Below, in pieces: positions 6,752-15,260 of a stretch of 27,914 nt of DNA. The notes beneath the pieces are model-generated. The model made no database searches. It worked only from the letters and a program-made list of their open reading frames with translations, and had not been told where the DNA came from. A program made the position numbers and the translations under genes. Every line of letters starts with the position of its first letter. Within the stretch, counting starts at the first letter, position 1. Origin of the DNA: a virus (lineage: Duplodnaviria; Caudoviricetes); the IMG/VR virus record IMGVR_UViG_3300002307_000184, positions 1-27,914 of that record; one strand, 5' to 3'.

Positions 6752-7315
6752 TTGTTCGCTAACGTCGATCGACCGAATCAACGCTCTGTTCTGGATCCGA
6801 ATGATCCCTATGACGGGCTGACTTCGAAGCAGCAAAAGTTCGTGGAGCTTAGCTTTTCCGGGCTTAGCGACCTGGATGCGTACCGGCAGGCGTATGACTG
6901 CAGCGCTATGACTGATGCGACGATCAAGCGCAAAGCCGTAGAGCTTGCGCATGCGCCTTTAGTCACGGCGAAGATTCGGCAACTACAGGACAAGCGCGAC
7001 AGTCAATCAACGCTTGCGGCCAATCTCACCCGCGATTGGATTACTAGACGCATAATGAAAATCGCTGATAAAGGCGAGAAAGAAAGTAATCAACTTCGCG
7101 CTTTGGAACTTCTAGGCAAGCATGTTGGCATTGATCTATTCCGCGAGACGACGCGCGTTGAACGCGTCGAACGAACACCTGAAGATATTGACGCTGAACT
7201 AGAGACACAGCTGCGCTCTATTGCCACAACACTAGAAGGCAAGGCACGCGACGTGACTCCCAAACCGGCCGCGCCGGCGCCGCGCAAAGGCACCAGGTTG
7301 AAGCCGACACGTTAA
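6752..7315 (+). CDS. terS: Terminase small subunit
   Basis: LTSKQQKFVE...AYRQAY...A.EL...P.V..KI HTH pattern and RALELLGKHVG motif; TTG start after GAGGT; upstream of terL. Confidence 0.8.
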   Translation: MFANVDRPNQRSVLDPNDPYDGLTSKQQKFVELSFSGLSDLDAYRQAYDCSAMTDATIKRKAVELAHAPLVTAKIRQLQDKRDSQSTLAANLTRDWITRRIMKIADKGEKESNQLRALELLGKHVGIDLFRETTRVERVERTPEDIDAELETQLRSIATTLEGKARDVTPKPAAPAPRKGTRLKPTR

Positions 7316-7388
7316 CCTAGCGCCGGTTAATCTGCGCCTGTTAACCGACAGCCGGTTAATTGCCGCCTATTAACCGACAGCCGGTTAA
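7312..7388. repeat. Three TTAACC-N7-GGTTAA palindromes with 29-bp period
   Basis: Copies at 7312-7330, 7341-7359 and 7370-7388. Confidence 0.95.
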
Positions 7389-7389
7389 A

Positions 7390-7496
7390 CGCCGAGCGCC
7401 TCGACGCCGAGCGCCTCGACGCCGAGCGCCTCGACGCCGAGCGCCTCGACGCCGAGCGCCTCGACGCCGAGCGCCTCGACGCCGAGCGCCTCGGCG
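7390..7496. repeat. 15-bp tandem repeat CGCCGAGCGCCTCGA x7
   Basis: Six identical units plus a seventh ending in G, which forms the perfect hairpin CGCCGAG-CGC-CTCGGCG. Confidence 0.95.
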
Positions 7497-7911
7497 CTGG
7501 ATGGTCATGCCCGAGCAATCCATTGTGCGCAATGCAATGGCGCACGATGCAACGCATGCGCTGGCATGCTGGTACCTGGATGCTGGAGTTTAATGCTGGC
7601 ATGCGTTCGCCCATAGCGTGGCGCATGCCGGTGCTATGATTCGGCTGGCGGCTGGCGGCTGGCGAGCTCGAGCGTTTAGCTGGACGGGTGGCAGGGCGGC
7701 GGAGCCCCTATAGGCAAACGGGACTCCTGGCCTGAACGGCTACAAGTCATGTTCGTCGCGCTCTGACCACCGCACAGCTTTTTTATGCAAAAATCAAAAC
7801 CGACCGCCGAACAGCATCCCCGTTTTTATGCGCCAAAAATTTTTCGGGTTTCCACCCCACCGCCAGCCGGGCTAACCTCCCCCAGCCGACACACCAAGGA
7901 CCCCAACCGAT

Positions 7912-8187
7912 ATGATCGCCAAGATCCTGCATCTGAACGAAGGCGTCCCGCTGCTCAACGACATCCCGGGCAATTTGCGCGCGCTCGCCGACCGAATCGA
8001 GAGCGGCGAACTCGGCACGCACGCCCTGATCGTCATCGCGCCTGGACCGGATAACGACTGGCCGAAGGTGATGAACTTCGGCGCCTACCTCGACAACCGG
8101 ACGTTGATCGGGACGTTCGAGATCGCCAAGACCTATTGCATCGACTGCATGCGCACCCCGATCGACGATGAGGACGACCCGGCATGA
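7912..8187 (+). CDS. Hypothetical protein
   Basis: 91 aa, AAGGA RBS, ATGA-coupled to the next gene. Confidence 0.75.
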   Translation: MIAKILHLNEGVPLLNDIPGNLRALADRIESGELGTHALIVIAPGPDNDWPKVMNFGAYLDNRTLIGTFEIAKTYCIDCMRTPIDDEDDPA

Positions 8188-8417
8188 CCGAGCACAGCAT
8201 CGCGCTCGACCGCAAGCACATTGCCCACCGGTCTGAAAACCGGTGGGCGGTTACCCGTCTGCAGGCCGACGGCAGCTATGATCTGGTCGAAGCCTGGGAC
8301 GGCGGTCGCCGGACGCTGCTCAAGTGGTGCGAGAACCACGGCGTGTACCCGGACCGCCAGGCGCTCGCGGCGCTGGAGCTGCTTCCAGAGGCCAGTGGCT
8401 TCCGCGACCGCGGCTGA
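8184..8417 (+). CDS. Hypothetical protein
   Basis: 77 aa, GAGGA RBS and ATGA overlap. Confidence 0.75.
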   Translation: MTEHSIALDRKHIAHRSENRWAVTRLQADGSYDLVEAWDGGRRTLLKWCENHGVYPDRQALAALELLPEASGFRDRG

Positions 8418-8497
8418 CCAAAGCCTGCCCCAAGGCTAGCCAACCGCTGAAGTGTGTGCTATTGGACTTTCTCCAAGTTTATGGAGCCTAGCCACGC

Positions 8498-9127
8498 ATG
8501 GACGCGCTAGCCGAAAAGGTTGCCAAGAACGCCCATCTCTGGATCCGGCACCCCGATGACTACTATATAGAAAATGAATGGTGCAGCGAACGCCTGTTCG
8601 CCACGGAAAATTTTGAAGGCACGGTGATTGATCCGGCGTGCGGCAGCGGGCGCATTGTCAGAGCCGGTCAAGCCCACCGCCAGAAGGCCGCGGCCATCGG
8701 CGACAACCGCATCGTCAAGGTGCTCGGCTACGATCTGGTTCGGCGGTGCAAGGAGTGCGCCGAGGAAGAAGATTTCCTGACCGCCGAGTACGAGACCGAC
8801 AACATCGTCTCCAATCCGCCATTCCGGCTCTGCGGCAAGCCACCTGATTTCGTTTTCGTCCGCCGCGCCTTGGTGACCGCGACAAATAAGGTCGCCCTGC
8901 TCTTGCCCCTGCCGTGGATGACCGGCGCCGACAAGGCGCGGTACCTGCAAACGACGCCGCTTTCAAAAGTGCTCGTGCTCACGCCGAGACCGTCCATGCC
9001 GCCGGGACCGGTGATCGAGGCCGGATTGGCGCCGGGCGGCGGCACCGAAGATTTTGCCTGGTTCATCTGGAGCCACGGCCACAAAGGACCGCCGACGCTC
9101 GGCTGGCTGAACCGCGATGGCGCATGA
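8498..9127 (+). CDS. Orphan SAM-dependent DNA amino-methyltransferase (likely N6-adenine)
   Basis: Motif I IDPACGSG and motif IV NPPF; KVALLLP; no adjacent restriction enzyme. Confidence 0.85.
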   Translation: MDALAEKVAKNAHLWIRHPDDYYIENEWCSERLFATENFEGTVIDPACGSGRIVRAGQAHRQKAAAIGDNRIVKVLGYDLVRRCKECAEEEDFLTAEYETDNIVSNPPFRLCGKPPDFVFVRRALVTATNKVALLLPLPWMTGADKARYLQTTPLSKVLVLTPRPSMPPGPVIEAGLAPGGGTEDFAWFIWSHGHKGPPTLGWLNRDGA

Positions 9128-9488
9128 AGTGCATCCTGACCTGAGCGAGTATTATGTGCGCGTGTACAACGCAATTCGCGAGTACGTCTTCTACGGCGGC
9201 GCCGGCGACGAAGCGCTCCAGCACCAGGGCACGCGCCGAAACCACAAGAACATGGTCGTCGGCCTCGGCCCCAGCCAGTACGAGCTCCAGGTCGCGACGA
9301 GGTGCTCTAGCACCACGGTGCGCAAGGCGATTCTCGAACTGCGCCGCCGCGGCCTCGTCGAGCAGAAGAAGTTCAGCGCCCGAAGCCTGCGACCGACCGA
9401 CGTCAGCCGCACCATCAGCAAAGAGCCACTCGACCCCTGGGCTATCCTCGACGAGCACGACGGCCCGGTGTATTGGAGCACCGAATGA
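9117..9488 (+). CDS. Winged-HTH protein resembling the LexA DNA-binding domain
   Basis: RVYNAIREY...PSQYELQVATRCSSTTVRKAILELRRRGLV...ARSL; no peptidase domain. Confidence 0.65.
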   Translation: MAHEVHPDLSEYYVRVYNAIREYVFYGGAGDEALQHQGTRRNHKNMVVGLGPSQYELQVATRCSSTTVRKAILELRRRGLVEQKKFSARSLRPTDVSRTISKEPLDPWAILDEHDGPVYWSTE

Positions 9489-10144
9489 GCGGTGACTACC
9501 TCGGTGACAGCCTATCCGCACTCCTCGACCTCCTCAACAGACAATGGAGCTACCCTATGCTGGCCAATGAAGTTTTCCTCAACGAGTTCGTGACCGATCT
9601 CGGTCAGGACCACATCGCGGTGGACGGCCGCGGCGTGCCTTATGCCCGCGCGTCTTCGCTCGACGCCCTGATGCGCGCCGCCCCCGACGCCGCGGCCTAT
9701 TTCAACGCCGAAACGCTCGCCGACGTCCTGCCCCAGCCGCCCAAAAACATGGAAAACCCCAGCCCGCCGGTCCCGTTTGCGCCGTTCGCTGCCCCGGTGG
9801 CTCCAACGCTCGAGCCGGTCAAGGTCATGCCGATCGCGGACTTGCCCGACACGCCCAAGCCCGACTGGGAAAGCGAAGTCGCTTCCAACGTCCAGCCCGC
9901 CGGCACGGTCGAAGAGCTGATCGCCAAGGCCCAGGCCCAGCGCGCGGCCGCCACCGGCGAGGTCGGGACGGTCACGGTGACCGGCGGCGATGACGCCGCC
10001 GCGGTTCCCGATGCCCCGGTCGATACGCCCTTCGCAGGGTCCGATACGCCGGACGCGGTCATCAACACGCCGTTGGCCGAGAAGCCGACCGATCCGCACG
10101 CCGTTTTCGACGATCCGGCGCCGGACCTCTCCAAGCTGAACTGA
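9485..10144 (+). CDS. Hypothetical acidic Pro/Ala-rich protein
   Basis: The ATG at 9485 overlaps the preceding TGA and follows GGAG; low-complexity C-terminal part. Confidence 0.7.
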   Translation: MSGDYLGDSLSALLDLLNRQWSYPMLANEVFLNEFVTDLGQDHIAVDGRGVPYARASSLDALMRAAPDAAAYFNAETLADVLPQPPKNMENPSPPVPFAPFAAPVAPTLEPVKVMPIADLPDTPKPDWESEVASNVQPAGTVEELIAKAQAQRAAATGEVGTVTVTGGDDAAAVPDAPVDTPFAGSDTPDAVINTPLAEKPTDPHAVFDDPAPDLSKLN

Positions 10145-10152
10145 CGCCCTGA

Positions 10153-11829
10153 GTGATCGACGAAAAGCTCCTCGACAGCGCGCTGCGTAATCTGGACCGC
10201 CTCGACGCGGCCCAGAAAGCGCGCGTGCTGCAATTGCTCGAGGAGCGCGACAAGCGCCAAAAGCTCGGCGAAGCCCGGCAGCATTTCCTGCCCTTCGTCA
10301 AACAGGTTTGGCCCGATTTTATTCCCGGCGCCCACCACGCCATCATGGCGGAATGGTTCGATAAGGTCGCCGAAGGCAAGTGCCAGCGGCTGATCATCAA
10401 CATGCCGCCTCGCCATACGAAGTCCGAGTTCGCCAGCTGGCTCTTGCCGGCGTGGTTTCTTGGTCGGTTTCCACGCAAGAAGATCATCCAGGCGAGTAAT
10501 AATGAGTCACTGGCCGCCGGTTTTGGTCGTCGCGTCAGAAATCTGATCGACGGCGAGGACCTCGGCGACAGCGACGTCGCCGATCGGTCTGGGCATAGCG
10601 CCTACCAGCAGATTTTCCCGAGCATTCGACTGGCCAAGGACTCGAAAGCCGCCGCCGGCTGGCACACGAATAAGGGCGGCGAATATTTCGCCATCGGTGT
10701 GAACGGCAAAGTGACCGGCAAGGGCGGCGATATCGTTATCATCGATGATCCCCACAGCGAGCAGGAAGCAAAACAGGCCGAGAGCAACCCCGCGATCTTC
10801 GATAGCGTCTACAGTTGGTATAACGGCGGTCCCCGACAGCGCTTGCAACCTAACGGGGCTATTATCCTAGTCCAGACACGGTGGGGAAAAAGAGACCTGA
10901 CCGGTCAAGTCCTGCGCAAGATGGAGGCTGAAAAGGGTAACCCAGACACCGATGACTGGCAGGTGATCAGCTTTCCGGCCATTCTGGACGAAAATACCCC
11001 GACAGAGCGGTCGATGTGGCCCGGTTTCTGGCCTCTGAAGACCTTAAAAGCTACCAGAAGTGTTCTGCCAGTAAGCAATTGGAAGGGTCAGTACCAGCAA
11101 GAGCCGACTTCCGAGCAAGGCGCTATTCTTAAGCGCGATTACTGGCGTATTTGGGGTACAGACCTAGAAGTAGATATCAAAGAAGGCAAAACTTCATGCC
11201 CCGGGTCCCAACATTCGGTAGCGTGGCGCAACTTAGACCCCCCGGCGTGCGATTTCGTCTTGCAAAGTTGGGATTGCGCGGCCAGTAAGAATGACCGGAG
11301 CCATCCGAGCGCGTTTACCGAGTGGGGTGTGTTCCAGGCCGAGGATCCGAAGACTGGGAAGACCGTGCCGAACATCATTTTGCTCAGCGCCTTCAAGGCC
11401 CGCATGCTTTTCCCCGAGCTGAAAGCGAAAGCCAAGCAGTTCTACGAGGAGACGCAGCCCGACTCGCTTCTCATCGAAAACAAGAGCGCGGGCATGCAGC
11501 TGTTGCAGGAGTTCAGGGCCATGGGCATACCGGCGCAGGACTTCGCCGGGTCCAGCCGCGGTACCAAGGCCATGCCGAACGATAAGATCGCCCGCGCGAA
11601 CTTGGTTGCCGACATCTTCGCTTCAGGGTATTGCTGGGCGCCAGATCGGCGGTTCGCCGAAGAGGTCATCATGCAATGCGCTGACTTCCCGAGCGGTGAA
11701 GAGGACGACTTGGTTGACTCGACCGTGCAGGCCCTGCTGCGCTTCCGCGCCGGCGGCCTGATCCGCACCGAGCACGACGAGGAAGAAGAGCGCGACCAGC
11801 CCCGCGCTCGTCGCCGGAGGTATTATTGA
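10153..11829 (+). CDS. terL: Terminase large subunit
   Basis: INMPPRHTKS (Walker A region), IVIIDDP (Walker B), QTRW coupling motif, YQQEP, nuclease motifs QSWD, IENKSAG and DDLVDS. Confidence 0.95.
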   Translation: MIDEKLLDSALRNLDRLDAAQKARVLQLLEERDKRQKLGEARQHFLPFVKQVWPDFIPGAHHAIMAEWFDKVAEGKCQRLIINMPPRHTKSEFASWLLPAWFLGRFPRKKIIQASNNESLAAGFGRRVRNLIDGEDLGDSDVADRSGHSAYQQIFPSIRLAKDSKAAAGWHTNKGGEYFAIGVNGKVTGKGGDIVIIDDPHSEQEAKQAESNPAIFDSVYSWYNGGPRQRLQPNGAIILVQTRWGKRDLTGQVLRKMEAEKGNPDTDDWQVISFPAILDENTPTERSMWPGFWPLKTLKATRSVLPVSNWKGQYQQEPTSEQGAILKRDYWRIWGTDLEVDIKEGKTSCPGSQHSVAWRNLDPPACDFVLQSWDCAASKNDRSHPSAFTEWGVFQAEDPKTGKTVPNIILLSAFKARMLFPELKAKAKQFYEETQPDSLLIENKSAGMQLLQEFRAMGIPAQDFAGSSRGTKAMPNDKIARANLVADIFASGYCWAPDRRFAEEVIMQCADFPSGEEDDLVDSTVQALLRFRAGGLIRTEHDEEEERDQPRARRRRYY

Positions 11830-11899
11830 TCCCGGCGCCCCGATCTTTTTTGACTGATACGCTACCAATTTCAACGGCTTACGTCAAGGGGGCTAAAGT

Positions 11900-12088
11900 A
11901 TGGCTGACGCGCCCAGAACGCTAAACACCGCGCAAAAGGCCCTTGTACGGAAACTCGCCGACAGTCTGGTGAACATGCTCCTGGATGACCGGTCGGAAGA
12001 ACTGCGCCGCGAATACCGCCCGGGCACGATAGCCTTGCTGGAAATGCTGGTATGCGATGCTAGAGAGGCGGAATCTTCCAATGGCTGA
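11900..12088 (+). CDS. Small hypothetical protein
   Basis: 62 aa between terL and portal; AAGGGGG upstream; overlaps the portal start. Confidence 0.55.
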   Translation: MADAPRTLNTAQKALVRKLADSLVNMLLDDRSEELRREYRPGTIALLEMLVCDAREAESSNG

Positions 12089-14576
12089 CGTCTCGCGCAT
12101 CGGCAGCGGCATCGCGCGCCCGGACACCGACGAGTTCGACCTGTCGGCGGCCACCGTCCAGACCAACCCGGACGGCAGCGCTACGGTGAACCTAGACGGC
12201 GATCCAAAGCCGGCCCAGCCCGACCTGCCCTTCGACGGCAATCTTTGCGACCTGCTCGATGAGCAGGATCTGGGGCGGCTCGGCGGCGAGATCGTCCGGC
12301 TGACCGATGAAGACGATCGCAGCCGCATGGAATGGCGGCAGACCTACGCCCGCGGCCTGACCCTGCTCGGCCTCAAATACGAGCAGCGCACCGAGCCGTG
12401 GGAGAACGCCTGCGGCGCCTTCCATCCGATGCTCCTCGAATCCGTCATCCGCTTCAATGCCCAGGAGATGATGGACATCTTTCCGGCGAGCGGCCCGGTC
12501 AAGACCGAGATCATCGGGCGCATCACCGACGAGAAAGAGGCCCAGGCGCGCCGCGTCGAGACCGACCTGAACTGGCTCGCCTGCGAGAAGATCAAGGGCT
12601 ATCGGCAAGAGACCGATATGCTGCTGTTCAACCTGCCGCTGGCCGGCACGGCTTTCCGCAAGTTCCGTTTCGACACACGGCGCAAGCTGCCGGCCGCCGA
12701 ATATGTGCTCCCCGAGCACGTCGTCATGCCCTACAGCGCCGCGAGCCTCGAAAGCACCGAGCGCTTCGCCATTGTCCTGTTGAAGACGAAAAACTGGATC
12801 GAAGCCAAGATCGCCGAGGGTTTTTATCGCGATGTCGGCGACATCAGCACCGGCATCGTCAAGACCGACGACATTTCCGAGGAAAAGGACCGGATCGAAG
12901 GCCGGTCGAACACCAACAGCGCCGAAGACTACCTGCACCGGCTGTACGAGTCGAATATCGACTACTATTTCGAGCAGGACCCGCTCAATACGACCAAATT
13001 GCCCCTGCCTTACGTCATCACCGTCGATACGGTGAGCCAGAAGGTACTGGCGATCCGGCGCAACTGGAAAGAAGGCGATCCGGCCTTCGAGCGCCAGGTC
13101 AACCTCGTCCAGCACAAATACATGCCGGGGTTTGGACCCTATGGCATCGGCCTCATCAACATCCTTGGCGGTTTGACCGAAAGCGCCACGGCGATCCTGC
13201 GCCAGCTGGTCGACGCCGGCACGCTCTCCAACCTGCCCGCCGGCTACAAGACCAAGGCGGCGCGGGTTAAGGACGATTCGACCCCGATCGGCCCCGGTGA
13301 ATGGCGCGATGTCGATGTCGGCATGGACACGCTGCAGCAGAGCTTCTTCCCGCTTCCTTACAAGGAGCCGAGCACCGTGCTCGCCGCGCTCCTCGGGCAG
13401 ATCGTCGACGAGGGTCGGCGCATCGGCTCGGTCGCCGACATGAAGATCACCGACATGACCGGCCAGAACATGCCGGTCGGCACGACGCTCGCCATCATCG
13501 AGCGCTCGATGAAGGTGATGAGCGCCGTGCAGCAGCGGCTCTACGAGAGCTTCAAGAACGAGTTCAAGGTGATCGCCGAGATCGTCAAGGACTTCATGGA
13601 GGACATACCCTACCCGTTCGAGCTCGAACCGCAGGAAGCCCAGTCCACCCGCAAGCTCGACTACGACTACCAGAAGGTCAGCGTCATTCCGGTCGCCGAC
13701 CCGAACGCCACGACCATGGCGCAGCGCATCATGGTGCTGCAGGCGATCATCCAGTTGTCGCAGACCGCGCCGCAGATTTACGATCTGCCGGCGCTGCACA
13801 CCGACATGATCGGCGTGCTCGGCAGCAACAAGGCGAGCCTCTACATTCCGCCCAAGGCCCAGGTGCTGCCCGCCGATCCCGTCACCGAGAACATGCGCCT
13901 GCTCAACAGCCAGCCGGTCAAGGCCGGCCCGATGCAGGACCACAAGGCGCACATCACCGTACACATGGCCGCGGCGCAGGACCCGCAGATCGTCAAGATG
14001 CTGACCAACAACCCGGCGGCGCCCGGCATCCAGGCGGCGCTCGAAGCGCACGTGCTCGAGCACATGGCCTTCGAATACCGCAACGAGATCGAGCAGCAGA
14101 CCGGCGTGCCACTGCCGCCGCCCGACCAGCCGCTGCCCGACGACGTCGAGTACCATTTGTCGGGGGTGCTGGCGCAGGCCGCCAGCAAACTGTTCGCCAA
14201 GAACAGCGCCGAGGCTGAACAGCAGCAGATCCAGCAGAATTTGCAGGACCCGGTCATCCAGAACGAGACCCGGGCGCTCGATATCAAACAGAAGGCCGAA
14301 GAGCACAAGTTCATCCTCGGCATGGCCAATCTCGACGCCAAGGGCGAGGATCGCCTCGCCAACACCTTGCAGATGATCTTCCGCGAGATGTCGGAAACCG
14401 ACCGCGCCGTGCTCGCCGCCGAATTGACCGCCAAGAGCGCCATCACCGACCAGGAGATCAAGGGCGCGCAGATTTCCTCCGATCTGACGCAGGGTGTCAT
14501 GGGACATCTCGCCAAGTTGCTGGTCGCCAAAACCGCTGCTGAAGCCGCGGCCAACCAGCCCGGGCCCGCCGCATGA
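12081..14576 (+). CDS. Portal protein
   Basis: About 830 aa immediately after terL; motifs PWENACGAFHPML, YMPGFGPYGIGL, LRQLVDAGTLSNLP, GTTLAIIER; coiled-coil C-terminus. ATG 12081 after GAGAGG preferred. Confidence 0.85.
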   Translation: MADVSRIGSGIARPDTDEFDLSAATVQTNPDGSATVNLDGDPKPAQPDLPFDGNLCDLLDEQDLGRLGGEIVRLTDEDDRSRMEWRQTYARGLTLLGLKYEQRTEPWENACGAFHPMLLESVIRFNAQEMMDIFPASGPVKTEIIGRITDEKEAQARRVETDLNWLACEKIKGYRQETDMLLFNLPLAGTAFRKFRFDTRRKLPAAEYVLPEHVVMPYSAASLESTERFAIVLLKTKNWIEAKIAEGFYRDVGDISTGIVKTDDISEEKDRIEGRSNTNSAEDYLHRLYESNIDYYFEQDPLNTTKLPLPYVITVDTVSQKVLAIRRNWKEGDPAFERQVNLVQHKYMPGFGPYGIGLINILGGLTESATAILRQLVDAGTLSNLPAGYKTKAARVKDDSTPIGPGEWRDVDVGMDTLQQSFFPLPYKEPSTVLAALLGQIVDEGRRIGSVADMKITDMTGQNMPVGTTLAIIERSMKVMSAVQQRLYESFKNEFKVIAEIVKDFMEDIPYPFELEPQEAQSTRKLDYDYQKVSVIPVADPNATTMAQRIMVLQAIIQLSQTAPQIYDLPALHTDMIGVLGSNKASLYIPPKAQVLPADPVTENMRLLNSQPVKAGPMQDHKAHITVHMAAAQDPQIVKMLTNNPAAPGIQAALEAHVLEHMAFEYRNEIEQQTGVPLPPPDQPLPDDVEYHLSGVLAQAASKLFAKNSAEAEQQQIQQNLQDPVIQNETRALDIKQKAEEHKFILGMANLDAKGEDRLANTLQMIFREMSETDRAVLAAELTAKSAITDQEIKGAQISSDLTQGVMGHLAKLLVAKTAAEAAANQPGPAA

Positions 14577-14770
14577 GCACGATCGACAAAGAAATCGCCA
14601 TCAAGATCGCCGACGCCGCCGAACGCATGCTGCGCGGCGACGCCAAGGACTATCCGGCCTACGCTTCACTCGTGGCCCGCTATCGTGTACTTAAGGAACT
14701 AGCCGATTTCCTCGCCGAACAACGAGCCCGAGCCCAACACGGAGAAGATACCACCGATGCCGAAGCATGA
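14573..14770 (+). CDS. Small helical head-module protein
   Basis: 65 aa, ATGA-coupled to the portal gene. Confidence 0.7.
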   Translation: MSTIDKEIAIKIADAAERMLRGDAKDYPAYASLVARYRVLKELADFLAEQRARAQHGEDTTDAEA

Positions 14771-15260
14771 CGCTGCACTGCTGGGAGGCACGAGCCTCAC
14801 CAGCTTCCCCAAGGCCGGTTCAGCCCCGGCAAACAAACTGAACCTCGCCAAGCGCGCCCCGCCGGTCCCCGAGCCGGTGCAGTCCGACCTCGATTCCGAC
14901 ACCTCGATGGTCATCCTGCCCGATCCGGTGGGCTACAACATGCTCGTGGCCCTGCCGACCATGGCCGAGCGCAGCGCCGGTGGCATCATCATCCCCAATG
15001 TCGTCAATGATCGTGAGCGCGCCGCCGCGGTGATCGGCAAGATACTGGCGCAGGGACCGCTCTGCTACAAGGACCCCAAGCGCTTCCCCGACGGCAAGCC
15101 GTGGTGCGAGGTCGGCGATATGGTGCTGTTCTCGCGCTACGCCGGCATGCGCTTCAAGTCCAAGGACCTCGATTCTGGCGACATGGTCGAATACCGCATG
15201 CTCAGCGACGACCAGATCGTCGGCACGGTGCCCGAAGGCGCCGAAGTGGGGGCGCTCTAA
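14757..15260 (+). CDS. groES: GroES/Cpn10-like co-chaperonin
   Basis: PVGYNMLV...SAGGIIIP...GKILAQGP...EVGDMVLFSRYAG...YRMLSDDQIVG matches Cpn10; N-terminal extension. Confidence 0.85.
   Translation: MPKHDAALLGGTSLTSFPKAGSAPANKLNLAKRAPPVPEPVQSDLDSDTSMVILPDPVGYNMLVALPTMAERSAGGIIIPNVVNDRERAAAVIGKILAQGPLCYKDPKRFPDGKPWCEVGDMVLFSRYAGMRFKSKDLDSGDMVEYRMLSDDQIVGTVPEGAEVGAL

Noticed and set aside
7312-7388. Canonical CtrA boxes
   Set aside because: TTAA elements are spaced N11 and N10, not TTAA-N7-TTAA.
7312-7496. CRISPR or mini-CRISPR array
   Set aside because: Intervening sequences are 10 bp or absent and resemble each other; no unique spacers of about 30 bp and no cas genes.
7327-7626. Arg-rich ORFs (RRAPR and RRSAS repeats) as protamine-like proteins
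   Set aside because: No RBS; both strands are open only because the 15-bp repeat lacks stops.
7700-7730. c-di-GMP-I riboswitch (GGCAAAC...GGGAC)
   Set aside because: The P2 stem with GNRA loop and the following GCAAAG are missing.
12192-14507. 771-aa minus-strand ORF and similar long antisense ORFs (17351-18301, 19397-20749, 23014-24120, 27287-27853)
   Set aside because: Shadow frames of GC-rich plus-strand genes with no RBS or recognisable motifs.
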